A stretch of 64,000 nucleotides of DNA from Usitatibacter sp. (GCA_035605915.1 DATNGJ010000026.1:79669-143668); one strand, 5' to 3'; shown: positions 26,525 through 36,376, numbered from the stretch's first letter. Notes: generated by a model from the sequence alone, not told the origin. A program made the numbers and translations.

Positions 26525-28534
26525 ATGCTCCTGCGCCGCGTGCTCATCGCCGTCGCGATCATCGTGCTGGTCCCTGTCGTGCTGCTCGCCGCGGCGCTCG
26601 TCGTCGTGCAGTCGGCGTGGGCCGAGCGCTGGATCGAGCGCCGCGCGAGCGACGCGCTGCATCGCGAGGTGCAGGTCGCCACCATCCGGCTGCACCTCGG
26701 ATGGCCGCCGACGGTTTCGTTCGGGCGATTGCGCATCGCCAATCCGCCATGGGCGAGCGCGGGCGACCTGATCGACGCGCGCGACCTCGCCGCGAAAGTG
26801 GCAGTGCCGCCGCTCTTCGCGGGCCGGATCCTGATCCCGTACGTGGAGGCGAGGAGCGCCGTCGCGGGCCTCGAGATGAAGAACGACCGCGCGTCGTGGC
26901 GCTTCGGCAACGAGTCCGCCAACCAGCCCAGCCGGATCGTGATCGGCCTGGTGAAGATCGCCGACGGAAAGATCCGCTTCCTCTGGCCCGAGCAGAAGAC
27001 CGACCTCGCGATCGTGATGAAGGGCAGCCTCGGCGAAGGCGGCGAGCTCGACGCGACCGCGAGCGGCAAGTTCCGCGGCGACGAGGCGAAGGCCTCCGCG
27101 CGGTTCCCGGCGCTCGATCCGCAGCACGCGGCCGCGGGCCCGATCGAATTCTCGGGCGATGCCAGCGCCGGCCGCACGCACGTCTCCGCGCAGGGCATGT
27201 TCCGCACGCAGGGCGACGTGATGGATTTGCGCATGAAGCTTTCGGGTGCGACGCTCAAGGACTTGAACCACCTGCTGCAGATCGTCCTTCCCGATACCGC
27301 GCCCTACTCGCTCGACGGCCACCTCATCCACAACGGCAACGACTGGACGTTCGACGGATTCCAGGGCCGCGTGGGCAACAGCGACCTGCACGGCAGCCTC
27401 ACCTATCGCACCGGCGGCCAGCGCCCGTTCCTGCGCGCGAACCTGCATTCGGCGCTCCTCGACTTCCAGGACCTCGGTCCGCTCATCGGCGCGCCGCCCG
27501 GCAACAAGCCCGGCAAGGTGGCGAACGCGGAGCAGCGGGAGAAATCCGCGCGACGCGAAGCCGCGAACCAGATCCTCCCGCACGCCGAATTCAGCGTGGA
27601 GCGGTGGAACGTGATGGATGCCGACGTGCGCCTCGAATCGAAGCGCATCGCGCGGCCGCATGCGCTCGCGGTGGAATCGCTCGATACGCACATCCTGCTG
27701 AAGGACGGCGCGCTCCGGCTCGATCCGCTCGACTTCGGATATGCGGGTGGGCACATCAGGTCGGTGGTCGCGATCGACGGACGCAAGCGCCCGGTGCAGG
27801 GCCACCTGCAGGCGGACGTGCAGGGACTGCAGCTCGCGAAGCTGCTGCCCGCGGACGACGCCGGCGACAGCGCGAGCGACGGCGGCAAGGATGCCGGCAC
27901 CGCGAAACCGAAGGCGAGCAAGGCCGGCGTGAAGAACGACGTGAAGCAGGCGCTCGGCACGCTGTACGGCCGCGCGAAGCTCGACGGAACCGGCCGCTCG
28001 GTGGCGGAGCTTCTCGGCACGAGCAACGGCCACATCACCCTCGCGGTGGACGGTGGCCAGGTGAGCCGGCTCCTCGAAGAGCTCCTCAAGCTGCACCTGG
28101 CGGATGCGCTGCGCCTGCTCGGCACGCGCAACGACCAGGTCGAGCTCAACTGCGCGGTGGGCGGCCTGGAGGTGAAGGACGGCGTGATCGACCCGAAGGC
28201 GTTCGTCGTGGACACGAGCGATTCGCGCGTGCAGCTCACGGGCGACGTGAGCCTGCGCGAGGAGACGCTCGGCCTCACCGTGCATCCCACGCCGAAGGAC
28301 GCGACGCTCTTCTCGCTGCGCACGCCGATCGACCTGAAGGGGCCGTTGCGCCATCCGAAGATCCACCTGCATCCGGGTCCGATCGCGGCCCGCGTCGCCG
28401 GCGCGATCGCCCTCGGCGCGATCAACCCCGCGCTCGCGATCCTGCCCTTCGTCGACGACGGCCCGGCCAAGGACACCAACTGCGGCCAGCTGCTTGCCGA
28501 AGCGCGCGCGCAGGGAGCGCAGCGGAAGCAGTAA
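26525..28534 (+). CDS. AsmA-family outer-membrane assembly protein
   Basis: N-terminal TM anchor followed by a long beta-rich periplasmic region with AsmA-like N- and C-terminal segments. 669 aa. Confidence 0.75.
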   Translation: MLLRRVLIAVAIIVLVPVVLLAAALVVVQSAWAERWIERRASDALHREVQVATIRLHLGWPPTVSFGRLRIANPPWASAGDLIDARDLAAKVAVPPLFAGRILIPYVEARSAVAGLEMKNDRASWRFGNESANQPSRIVIGLVKIADGKIRFLWPEQKTDLAIVMKGSLGEGGELDATASGKFRGDEAKASARFPALDPQHAAAGPIEFSGDASAGRTHVSAQGMFRTQGDVMDLRMKLSGATLKDLNHLLQIVLPDTAPYSLDGHLIHNGNDWTFDGFQGRVGNSDLHGSLTYRTGGQRPFLRANLHSALLDFQDLGPLIGAPPGNKPGKVANAEQREKSARREAANQILPHAEFSVERWNVMDADVRLESKRIARPHALAVESLDTHILLKDGALRLDPLDFGYAGGHIRSVVAIDGRKRPVQGHLQADVQGLQLAKLLPADDAGDSASDGGKDAGTAKPKASKAGVKNDVKQALGTLYGRAKLDGTGRSVAELLGTSNGHITLAVDGGQVSRLLEELLKLHLADALRLLGTRNDQVELNCAVGGLEVKDGVIDPKAFVVDTSDSRVQLTGDVSLREETLGLTVHPTPKDATLFSLRTPIDLKGPLRHPKIHLHPGPIAARVAGAIALGAINPALAILPFVDDGPAKDTNCGQLLAEARAQGAQRKQ

Positions 28535-28546
28535 ACTTCGGCCTCT

Positions 28547-30274
28547 ATGGCTGAAGACCCGAAGGACCGCGGGCTCGAGAAGGGCCTCACGAGCTACGGC
28601 GACCGGCAGTTCTCGCTCTTCCTGCGCAAGGCGTTCATCAAGGGCGCGGGCTATACGGACGACGCGCTCACGCGTCCGGTGGTGGGCATCGCGAACACCG
28701 GCAGCGCCTACAACCCGTGCCACGGCAACGCGGCGCAGCTCATCGACGCGGTGAAGCGCGGCGTGATGCTCGCCGGCGGGTTGCCGATCGAGTTCCCGAC
28801 CATCTCGATCCACGAGAGCTTCGCGCATCCCACCTCGATGTACCTGCGCAACCTCATGTCGATCGACACCGAGGAGATGATCCGCGCGCAGCCGATGGAT
28901 GCGGTCGTGCTGATCGGCGGTTGCGACAAGACCGTGCCCGCGCAGCTGATGGGCGCGGCCTCGGCGAACGTGCCGTGCGTGGAGCTCGTCACCGGCTCGA
29001 TGCTCACCGGCTCGCACGAGTTCGAGCGCGTGGGCGCCTGCACGGACTGCCGGCGCTACTGGGGACGCTATCGCGCCGAGGAGATCGATTCGGACGAGAT
29101 CGCGCGCGTGAACGACCAGCTCGTGGCCTCGGTCGGCACCTGCTCCGTGATGGGCACGGCGAGCACCATGGCGTGCGTTTCCGAGGCGCTCGGCATCACG
29201 GTGCCGGGTTGCGCCTCGCCGCCGGCCGTCACCGCCGATCGCATCCGGGTGGCGGAGCGCACCGGCACCGTGGCGGTCGGGATCGCGAAGAAAAAGGTGA
29301 CGCCGGATCGCATCCTCACGCGCGCGGCGTTCGAGAACGCGCTCCGGGTGCTGCTCGCGATCGGCGGCTCCACCAACGGGGTGATCCACCTCACGGCGAT
29401 CGCGGGCCGTCTCGGCATCGACATCGACCTCGATCGCCTCGATGCGCTCGGCCGCGAGACGCCGGTGCTGGTGGACCTCAAGCCCTCGGGGCGGCACTAC
29501 ATGGAGGATCTGCATCGCGCGGGCGGCATGGCGGCGATCCTGCGCGAGCTCGAGCCCTTGCTGCATCTCGATGCGCTCACCGTCACCGGGCAAACGCTGG
29601 GCGAGCGGATCGCGGCCGACGGGCCGGGCTTCGCGCAGGACGTCGTGCGTCCGTTCTCGAATCCGCTCTACCGCGAAGGCGGCATCGCCGTGCTGCGCGG
29701 CAACCTCGCACCGGGCGGCGCCCTCATCAAGCAATCGGCCGCGGATCCGAAGCTCATGCGCCACGAGGGTCGCGCGGTGGTGTTCGAGAACGCGCAGGAC
29801 CTCGCGCGCCGCATCGACGCGGAGGATCTCGACGTGAAGGCGGACGACATCCTCGTGCTGAAGAACATCGGTCCGAAGGGCGCGCCCGGCATGCCGGAGG
29901 CGGGCTATCTCCCGATCCCGAGGAAGCTCGCGCGCGCCGGCGTGAAGGACATGGTGCGGATCTCCGACGGGCGCATGAGCGGGACCGCGGCGGGCACCAT
30001 CGTGCTGCACGTGACGCCCGAGGCCGCGATCGGCGGACCGCTCGCCTGGGTGCGAAGCGGCGACCGCATCCGCCTCGACGTGGCGAAGCGCGAGCTCGCG
30101 CTCCTCGTGAGCGATGACGAGCTGGCACGTCGCCGGGCTTCGCAACCCGTCGCCGAGCCGAAGGCCGAGCGCGGCTACCTCAAGCTCTTCCTCGAGAGCG
30201 TGACGCAGGCCGACGAGGGCGTGGATTTCGATTTCCTCAAGCCCCGTCATTCCCGCGAAGGCGGGAATCGCTGA
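28547..30274 (+). CDS. IlvD/Edd-family dehydratase (sugar-acid dehydratase type)
   Basis: PVVGIANTGSAYNPCHGN...GGCDKTVPAQLMGA...GTCSVMGTASTMAC are the Fe-S cluster and family motifs. The last roughly 9 codons (..PRHSREGGNR*) run into a REP element. Confidence 0.85.
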   Translation: MAEDPKDRGLEKGLTSYGDRQFSLFLRKAFIKGAGYTDDALTRPVVGIANTGSAYNPCHGNAAQLIDAVKRGVMLAGGLPIEFPTISIHESFAHPTSMYLRNLMSIDTEEMIRAQPMDAVVLIGGCDKTVPAQLMGAASANVPCVELVTGSMLTGSHEFERVGACTDCRRYWGRYRAEEIDSDEIARVNDQLVASVGTCSVMGTASTMACVSEALGITVPGCASPPAVTADRIRVAERTGTVAVGIAKKKVTPDRILTRAAFENALRVLLAIGGSTNGVIHLTAIAGRLGIDIDLDRLDALGRETPVLVDLKPSGRHYMEDLHRAGGMAAILRELEPLLHLDALTVTGQTLGERIAADGPGFAQDVVRPFSNPLYREGGIAVLRGNLAPGGALIKQSAADPKLMRHEGRAVVFENAQDLARRIDAEDLDVKADDILVLKNIGPKGAPGMPEAGYLPIPRKLARAGVKDMVRISDGRMSGTAAGTIVLHVTPEAAIGGPLAWVRSGDRIRLDVAKRELALLVSDDELARRRASQPVAEPKAERGYLKLFLESVTQADEGVDFDFLKPRHSREGGNR

Positions 30275-30308
30275 TTCGAGCCCGGATTCCCGATGACTCG
30301 GGAATGAC
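30246..30308. repeat. REP-like element: two hairpins of the GTCATTCCCGC-GAAG-GCGGGAATC family
   Basis: GTCATTCCCGCGAAGGCGGGAATC is at 30246-30269. A second hairpin ATTCCCGA-TGAC-TCGGGAAT is at 30286-30305. Related copies are at 42531-42552, 51756-51779 and 53694-53745. Confidence 0.8.
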
Positions 30309-30329
30309 CTGAACAAACATGGAGAAGCA

Positions 30330-31382
30330 ATGAAGAACTACGGCATCGCCGCGATCGGCGGCGACGGCATCGGCCCGGAAGTGATCGAGGCCGGCATCGA
30401 GGTGTTGAACGCGCTCGCGAAGGCGGACGGCGGATTCGGCTTCCGGTTCGAGCGCTTCGACTGGAGCTCCGAGCTCTACCTTCGCACGGGCCACTACATT
30501 CCGCCCGGCGGCCTCGAGAAGCTCAAGGCGTTCGACGCGATCTTCTTCGGCGCGGTCGGCAGCCAGAAGGTCCCGGACCACGTTTCCCTCTGGGGACTGC
30601 GCCTTCCCATCTGCCAGGGCTTCGACCAGTACGCGAACGTGCGCCCCACGCGCGTCCTTCCCGGCGTGAGGAGCCCGCTCGCGAACGCGAAGGACATCGA
30701 CTGGGTCGTGATCCGCGAGAACTCGGAAGGCGAGTACGCGGGAGTGGGCGGCCGCGTGCACGAGGGATTGCCGATCGAGGCGGCGAGCGACGTCTCCGTC
30801 TTCACGCGCGTGGGCGTCGAGCGCATCCACCGCTTCGCCTTCGAGCTCGCCCGCCAGCGCCCCCGCAGGCACCTCACGCTCGTCACCAAGTCGAACGCGC
30901 AGCGCCACGGCATGGTGATGTGGGACGACATCTTCTTCGAGGTCGCGAAGGACTATCCCGAGGTGAAGTGGGACCGCGAGCTGGTGGACGCGATGACCAC
31001 GCGCATGGTGCTCAAGCCCGCGACGCTCGACGTGATGGTCGCGACCAACCTGCACGCCGACATCCTCTCCGACCTCGCCGCCGCGCTCTCGGGAAGCCTC
31101 GGCATCGCGCCCACCGCGAACCTGAATCCCGAGCGCACGTTCCCCTCGATGTTCGAGCCGATCCATGGCAGCGCCTTCGACATCACCGGCAAGGGCATCG
31201 CGAACCCGGTGGCCACCTTCTGGACCGCGGCGATGATGCTCGAGCATCTCGGCGAGGCGAAGGCATCGTCGCGATTGATGAAGGCGGTGGAGAAGGTGAC
31301 GGCGAGCGGCGTGCTGACCCCGGATCTCGGCGGCACGGCGAAGACCGCGGAGGTCACCCGCGCCGTGATCGGCGCGCTCTAG
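30330..31382 (+). CDS. ttuC: Tartrate dehydrogenase/decarboxylase (D-malate dehydrogenase-type, IPMDH family)
   Basis: IAAIGGDGIGPEV...FGAVG...VPDHVSLWGLRLPICQGFDQYANVRP...IRENSEGEYAG...NLHADILSD...HGSAFDITGKGIANP is a close match to the TtuC pattern. Confidence 0.8.
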   Translation: MKNYGIAAIGGDGIGPEVIEAGIEVLNALAKADGGFGFRFERFDWSSELYLRTGHYIPPGGLEKLKAFDAIFFGAVGSQKVPDHVSLWGLRLPICQGFDQYANVRPTRVLPGVRSPLANAKDIDWVVIRENSEGEYAGVGGRVHEGLPIEAASDVSVFTRVGVERIHRFAFELARQRPRRHLTLVTKSNAQRHGMVMWDDIFFEVAKDYPEVKWDRELVDAMTTRMVLKPATLDVMVATNLHADILSDLAAALSGSLGIAPTANLNPERTFPSMFEPIHGSAFDITGKGIANPVATFWTAAMMLEHLGEAKASSRLMKAVEKVTASGVLTPDLGGTAKTAEVTRAVIGAL

Positions 31383-31765
31383 CGGCGATCGGCCCCCACG
31401 CGGGTCGCTTCGAACAGCTCGCCCAGCGTGAGCGTCTCCGTCCACAGGTCGTCGAGGACGACGTGGTAGCGCTTTTCCATCAATTGGCACAGCCGATCGC
31501 GCTCGCGAGCGCCGGTCCATCCCAGCCGACAGCGCGCCCGGTAGACCTGATACACGGCATCGTCCGGCCGGAGCTTCAGCTTGTCGCGAGGCGGGTAGGA
31601 GAGGGCCTGCGCGAGCTTTCCCAGGAACGCGTCGACCTCGCGATTGCGCGCCTCGGGAAACTCGCGCCGCCACTGCCGGCCCTGGCAGGGGCGCCCATGG
31701 TAGGGCTGCGGCGGCCCGCCCACGAACACGTTGATGATCGCCCTCGCGCAGCCGGCCAGGTTCAC
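31379..31765 (-). CDS. Hypothetical protein (128 aa)
   Basis: This is the only substantial ORF in this gap, and its composition is protein-like and not Arg/Ala-biased (..DAFLGKLAQALSYPPRDKLKLRPDDAVYQVY..). No family was recognised, and the start is uncertain. Confidence 0.35.
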   Translation of the reverse strand: MNLAGCARAIINVFVGGPPQPYHGRPCQGRQWRREFPEARNREVDAFLGKLAQALSYPPRDKLKLRPDDAVYQVYRARCRLGWTGARERDRLCQLMEKRYHVVLDDLWTETLTLGELFEATRVGADRR

Positions 31766-31904
31766 GGTGCTGGGTTCGCCCGTCGCTTGCAGACGGCCCC
31801 GTTATAGCGCGCCGTTCGAGGGCCGTGCAGTGAAGTCGCGCACAGATTGGCGGGCGGGACGCTTCATTTCGTGCCGATTGCTGTCGGCGGGCTTGCGGCG
31901 GGCG

Positions 31905-33686
31905 CTACGCGTTTTGCGGCGCGGGCGGCGGCGAGCAGGCGCTCTCGCGCTCCTGCAGCGCGCGCCACTGGATCTTTCCCGTCGCGGTCTTCGGCAGCAC
32001 GTCCAGGAACTCGACGATGGTCGGCACCTTGTAGGCCGCCATCTTCCCGCGCGCCCAGGCGATGATCTCGTCGCCGGAGACCTGCCCGCGCCGGCCCTCC
32101 TTGAGCGCGACCACCGCCTTCACCGTCTCGCCGCGCCGCGCGTCCTTCGCGCCGATCACGCACGCCTCCCGCACGTCGGGATGCGCATAGAGGAGGCTCT
32201 CCACTTCGGCGGGCCACACCTTCATGCCCGACGCGTTGATCATGCGCTTCAGCCGGTCGACGAGGAAGAAATAGCCCTCCTCGTCCACGCGCCCGAGGTC
32301 GCCGGTGCGAAACCAGCGGCGGCCGTCGCGCTCGAAGAACACCTCCGCGGTCGCCTCGGGCTTGCCCCAGTAGCCGCCGAACACCTGCGGCCCGCTCGTC
32401 ACGATCTCGCCCACTTCGCCGGCCGGCAGCTCCTCGAGCGTCGCGGGATCGACCACCATCGAGTGCGTATCGAAGATCGGGATGCCCAGGCATTGCTTCT
32501 TCGGCCGATCCGGCGGATTCACGTGCGAGGGAGCCATCGTCTCCGTGAGCCCGTAGCCCTCGACGAACTCGATGCCGAGCTGGTCGTGGAGCCTGGTCGC
32601 GACCGCCTCGGGCATCGCCGCGCCGCCGCCGCTCATGCGCTTCAACGTTCCCAGCTCGAAGCTCGCGGCGTTGGGGCTCGCGAGGAGATCGACCACCATG
32701 GTCGGGATGAGCGACCAGGCGGTCACCTTGTAGCGCGGGATCAGCGCCGCGGCCACCTCGCGGTCCCAGCGCGGCAGCATCACGACGGTGCTGCCGGTGT
32801 AGATCGGGCCGTTCATGCTGTTCTGCATGCCGGTCACGTGGAAATACGGCAGCACGGCGAGGTAGACCATTTCCGGCACGGTGCGGAACCACTCGCCGCC
32901 CGCGACCAGCGTGTGCATCACCGAGCGATGCGTGTGCGGGCAGCCTTTCGGCTCGCCGGTGGTGCCCGAGGTGTACGGCATGCACGCGAGGTCGGCCGGA
33001 CCGGCGGTGTGCTCGGAAGGTGCGCAGTTCGCCGCGATCGCGTCGGACCACAGCGTGACGTTCGGCCCGGCGATCGGCTGGCGCGGCAGCCTGAAGGCCT
33101 CCGCGACCTTGAGGTCCGTGGGTGCCGTGAGGTAATCGGAATACGCGGCGACGATCGCGTGCGCGATGGCGCCGTCCTGCGCGAGCGGCGCCGCCTGCGG
33201 CCACAGCTCCTGCGCGACGATCGCGGTCTGCGCTCCGCAATCGCGCAGGTACACGCGCAGCTCGCGCGTGAGGTTCATCGGGTTGATCGGAACCGCCACC
33301 GCGTCGGCGCGCAGGATCGCATAGTAGGCGATCACGAACTGGAGGCTGTTCTGCGCGAAGACGAGCACGCGATCGCCCTTCGCCACGCCGCAACGCCGCT
33401 GCAGGAATCCCGCGAGCTTGCCGGCCTCCGATTCGAGGCGCGAGAACGTCATCGCGTTGTCGTAGCAGACGAACGCGGGCTTGCCGGGGTAGCGCCTTGC
33501 GGAGATCTCGAGGTTCACCCACACGCTCGTTTCCGGCAGGGTGAGGGAGCGCGGCAGATCGCGCGGCCACACGGCGAGATGGGGTTCCGGCACGAGGTCT
33601 CCCGCAATGTTCGAATCGCGCGAAGGTAGAGGGCCCGCGCCCGCTTGGCAAGTCCCACCATGCAGCGGCCGTGCCATTCCGATCAT
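31905..33686 (-). CDS. AMP-dependent acyl-CoA synthetase/ligase (long-chain fatty-acid-CoA ligase-like)
   Basis: AMP-binding motif MPYTSGTTGEPKG, plus GYGLTE and ...FRTGDLGRVDEEGYFFLVDRLK...KVPTIVEFLDVLPKTATGKI. The start was chosen at the ATG at 33686, which overlaps the upstream MFS stop (ATGA). The listed 985-aa ORF extends spuriously upstream. Confidence 0.8.
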   Translation of the reverse strand: MIGMARPLHGGTCQAGAGPLPSRDSNIAGDLVPEPHLAVWPRDLPRSLTLPETSVWVNLEISARRYPGKPAFVCYDNAMTFSRLESEAGKLAGFLQRRCGVAKGDRVLVFAQNSLQFVIAYYAILRADAVAVPINPMNLTRELRVYLRDCGAQTAIVAQELWPQAAPLAQDGAIAHAIVAAYSDYLTAPTDLKVAEAFRLPRQPIAGPNVTLWSDAIAANCAPSEHTAGPADLACMPYTSGTTGEPKGCPHTHRSVMHTLVAGGEWFRTVPEMVYLAVLPYFHVTGMQNSMNGPIYTGSTVVMLPRWDREVAAALIPRYKVTAWSLIPTMVVDLLASPNAASFELGTLKRMSGGGAAMPEAVATRLHDQLGIEFVEGYGLTETMAPSHVNPPDRPKKQCLGIPIFDTHSMVVDPATLEELPAGEVGEIVTSGPQVFGGYWGKPEATAEVFFERDGRRWFRTGDLGRVDEEGYFFLVDRLKRMINASGMKVWPAEVESLLYAHPDVREACVIGAKDARRGETVKAVVALKEGRRGQVSGDEIIAWARGKMAAYKVPTIVEFLDVLPKTATGKIQWRALQERESACSPPPAPQNA

Positions 33687-35170
33687 TCGGCGCTGGACAA
33701 GGGCCGTGCGACCGACTCCAGCGGCTTGCATTCGGCGTCCACCCCCAGCCGCCAGGCGATCCCCGCCGCTGCGATCATCATGGCCGCACCCAGCCCGTAT
33801 CCCACCGCGACCGCGCCGCGCTCGCCGCTTCCGACCAGCACCCCGAAGAGCCACGGCGCCGCGATCCCGCCGATGCCGGTGCCGAGCGCATAGAAGAACG
33901 CGATCGCGAGCGCCCGCACCTCGAGCGGGAAGCATTCGCTCACCGTGAGGTACGCCGAGCTCGCCGCGGGCGAGGCGAAGAAGAACACCAGCGTCCACGC
34001 CGCGGTGAGCGAAGCCGCGCCGAGGAGCCCTGGCACGAAGAGAAGCGCGGTGAGCGCGAGGAGCGCGCCGGAAGCGAGGTAGGTGCCGGCGATCATCCTG
34101 CGGCGCCCCCACGTATCGAACCAGCGGCCGAGCAGCAGCGGTCCGAGGAAGTTGCTGGCGGCGAACGGCAGGAGATAGTGCCCGACATCCTCGGGCGCGA
34201 CCGAGTAGAAGCGCCCGAGCACCAGCGCATAGGTGAAGAAGATCGCGTTGTAGCAGAACGCCTGCGCCGCCATGAGCGAGAGGCCGAGGATCGCGCGGCG
34301 CGGGTACAGGCGGAAGAGGCTCGCGCCGAGGTCCACGAAGCTCGCCGCGCGGCCCCGCAAGCGCAGGCGCAGCGGCGCGTGTTGCGTTCGCCCGCCGGCC
34401 GCGACGCCCGCCTCGCGCTCCACCCGCGCCGCGATCCGCTCCGCTTCCTCGCGCCTTCCGTGCAGCAGCAGCCAGCGCGGGCTCTCGGGAAGCAGCCGTC
34501 GCAGGACGAGGATCGCGAGGCCGAGCGTCGCCCCGATGCCGAACGCGGCGCGCCATCCGAAGTCCGGCGGAAGCACTCCTGGCGCGAGCAGCGCGCTCGA
34601 TCCGATCGCGCCGAGCGCCGCGCCCACCCAGAAGCTGCCGTTCACCGCGAGGTCGGTGCGTCCGCGATAGCGCGCGGGGACGAGCTCCTGGATCGCCGAG
34701 TTGATCGCCGCGTACTCGCCGCCGATTCCCGCGCCGGTCACGAAGCGCGTGAGCGCGAAGAACACGAAGCCGGGCGAAAGCGCGCTGAGCGCCGTGCCCG
34801 CGATGTAGACGCCGAGCGTGACGAAGAAGAGCCGCTTGCGTCCGTAGAGATCGGCGAGCCATCCGAACAGCAGGGCGCCCAGCACGGCGCCTGCGAGATA
34901 CGCGCTCGCGCAGATGCCCACCTGCGCATCGTCGAGCCGCAACGCGGGGCTCGCCTCGAGGGCGCCCGAGATCGCGCCGGCGAGCGTGACCTCGAGCCCG
35001 TCGAGCACCCAGGTGATGCCCAGCGCGACGACGACGAGCGTATGGAAGCGCGACCAGGGGAGCGCGTCGAGGCGCGCGGGCACGTCGCTCTCGACGAAGG
35101 AGCCGGCCGCCGCGGGGGTTCGATTCACGTTGTTCGACTCCTGCAGTGCCGTCCGGACCAGCATTGTCAT
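33683..35170 (-). CDS. MFS transporter (sugar-porter/metabolite:H+ symporter-like, 12 TMS)
   Basis: Start at 35170 (MTMLVRT...). The signatures LADLYGRKRLF and GAGIGGEYAAINSAIQELVPARYRG are typical MFS. Confidence 0.8.
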   Translation of the reverse strand: MTMLVRTALQESNNVNRTPAAAGSFVESDVPARLDALPWSRFHTLVVVALGITWVLDGLEVTLAGAISGALEASPALRLDDAQVGICASAYLAGAVLGALLFGWLADLYGRKRLFFVTLGVYIAGTALSALSPGFVFFALTRFVTGAGIGGEYAAINSAIQELVPARYRGRTDLAVNGSFWVGAALGAIGSSALLAPGVLPPDFGWRAAFGIGATLGLAILVLRRLLPESPRWLLLHGRREEAERIAARVEREAGVAAGGRTQHAPLRLRLRGRAASFVDLGASLFRLYPRRAILGLSLMAAQAFCYNAIFFTYALVLGRFYSVAPEDVGHYLLPFAASNFLGPLLLGRWFDTWGRRRMIAGTYLASGALLALTALLFVPGLLGAASLTAAWTLVFFFASPAASSAYLTVSECFPLEVRALAIAFFYALGTGIGGIAAPWLFGVLVGSGERGAVAVGYGLGAAMMIAAAGIAWRLGVDAECKPLESVARPLSSAE

Positions 35171-35283
35171 GCTTCGGAACGGGCGTCCCGCCACTAGTTC
35201 CCCTGGCGGACGATCGCTTGCGCGCCGCTTAACCTCGCACAACTAGCGTCGAGCCATTGCGCACCCCGTGTCCCGGAGGCGAC

Positions 35284-36183
35284 ATGCTCGGCGAGAAGAT
35301 CGACTATTGGCTGCTGCGCCCCCTCGCTCACGCCCGCAACCGCGCCACCGAGGAAGAGCTCGACCGCGAGGGCTCCACCAGCCTCCTCGGCGACCAGCAG
35401 GCGACGAAGCTGCCGGCGATCCTCGACCGCTTCGAGGGCCACTTCCCGCTCTCGCCCTCGCTTCGCTATCTCGACATCGGCTGCGGCAGCGGCGAGCTCA
35501 CGCTCGCGCTCGCGCGGCGCATCCGCGAGACGTACAAGCGCGCCCCGCAGATCGTCGGCGTCGATTTCCTGCCGCGCTTCGTGCAGCGGGCGCGGGCGAT
35601 CGCGAGCGGCAGCGGGCTCGAGGAGCACGTGCGCTTCGAATGCGCGGACATCCACCACTGGGAGCCGCCGCATCCGTTCGACGTGGCGATCTCGTTCGAC
35701 GCGCTCGAGCACATCGCCAACCCGCGCGCCTTCCTCGCCTCGATGAGCCGCTACCTCGCGCCCGGCGGCGTCGCCGCCGTCTCGTTCGGCCCGCTCTTCC
35801 ACTCGCCGTTCGGCGACCACATGGACGAGTTCTTCCGCGTGCAGCTTCCATGGCGGGGCCTGGTCTTTTCCGAGCGCGCGATCCTGCGGCTGCGCAGCGA
35901 GTTCTATCGGCCCACCGACCGCGCGCGCAGCCTCACGGAGGTCGCCGGCGGCCTGAACCTCATGCGCTACTCGGAGTTCCTGCGCCACGCACGCGAGACC
36001 GGCTGGCGCTTCCGCTACCTTCGCACCAACACGTTCCTGCGCAACCGCGCCGCGCGCCGCCTCGCCTCGTCGCTCGCGGGCGTGCCGCGCGTCGGCGACT
36101 ACTTCATGCACAACGTCTACGCGGTGATGGAGCCCGCGCGCGCGCCCGGTCAGCCGGATTCGCGCAGGGCGGCGGCGACCTAG
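35284..36183 (+). CDS. Class I SAM-dependent methyltransferase
   Basis: Motif I is YLDIGCGSGELT. An acidic loop VGVDFLP and the motif DVAISFDALEHI are present, followed by ..LAPGGV... Confidence 0.75.
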   Translation: MLGEKIDYWLLRPLAHARNRATEEELDREGSTSLLGDQQATKLPAILDRFEGHFPLSPSLRYLDIGCGSGELTLALARRIRETYKRAPQIVGVDFLPRFVQRARAIASGSGLEEHVRFECADIHHWEPPHPFDVAISFDALEHIANPRAFLASMSRYLAPGGVAAVSFGPLFHSPFGDHMDEFFRVQLPWRGLVFSERAILRLRSEFYRPTDRARSLTEVAGGLNLMRYSEFLRHARETGWRFRYLRTNTFLRNRAARRLASSLAGVPRVGDYFMHNVYAVMEPARAPGQPDSRRAAAT

Positions 36184-36376
36184 CCCGCGGCGAGCGCGAT
36201 GAGCGCCCAGTCGACGAACGAGATCCAGCTCGCCCACGCGCGCGACACCGGATAATCGGCGAGCTCCCGCAAGGACGCATGCCAGTGGACGCGCTTCGGC
36301 CGGCCCCGTCAAGCCGCGTTGCGCGGCGGGCTCGTTCCACGTAAATTGTCGTTCCCCGAGTCGGTGAACGACGCCC

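Noticed and set aside
24340-28554. A 1404-aa plus-strand ORF, the longest in the track, which could be mistaken for a giant novel protein.
   Set aside because: It is Arg/Ala/Gly/Pro-dominated with no motifs. It runs antisense or out of frame across four well-supported genes (amidohydrolase, IDH-like, asmA, start of the dehydratase). This is the classic stop-codon-poor shadow frame of high-GC DNA.
26177-30316. A 1379-aa minus-strand ORF.
   Set aside because: It has the same shadow-frame composition (runs of R, A, G, H, E) and lies antisense to asmA and the IlvD/Edd dehydratase, both of which carry clear family signatures.
33687-34862. The N-terminal 390 aa of the listed 985-aa ORF, which would make a giant fused acyl-CoA synthetase.
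   Set aside because: That segment is an out-of-frame read-through of the MFS transporter gene with Arg-rich, non-protein-like sequence. The ligase homology begins only near 33620, and an ATG at 33686 overlaps the MFS stop.
35284-36183. The SAM-dependent methyltransferase, considered as part of a restriction-modification system.
   Set aside because: The motifs are those of small-molecule/class I methyltransferases (DxGCGxG). There are no DNA-MTase motifs (DPPY/NPPY, PCQ) and no adjacent endonuclease.
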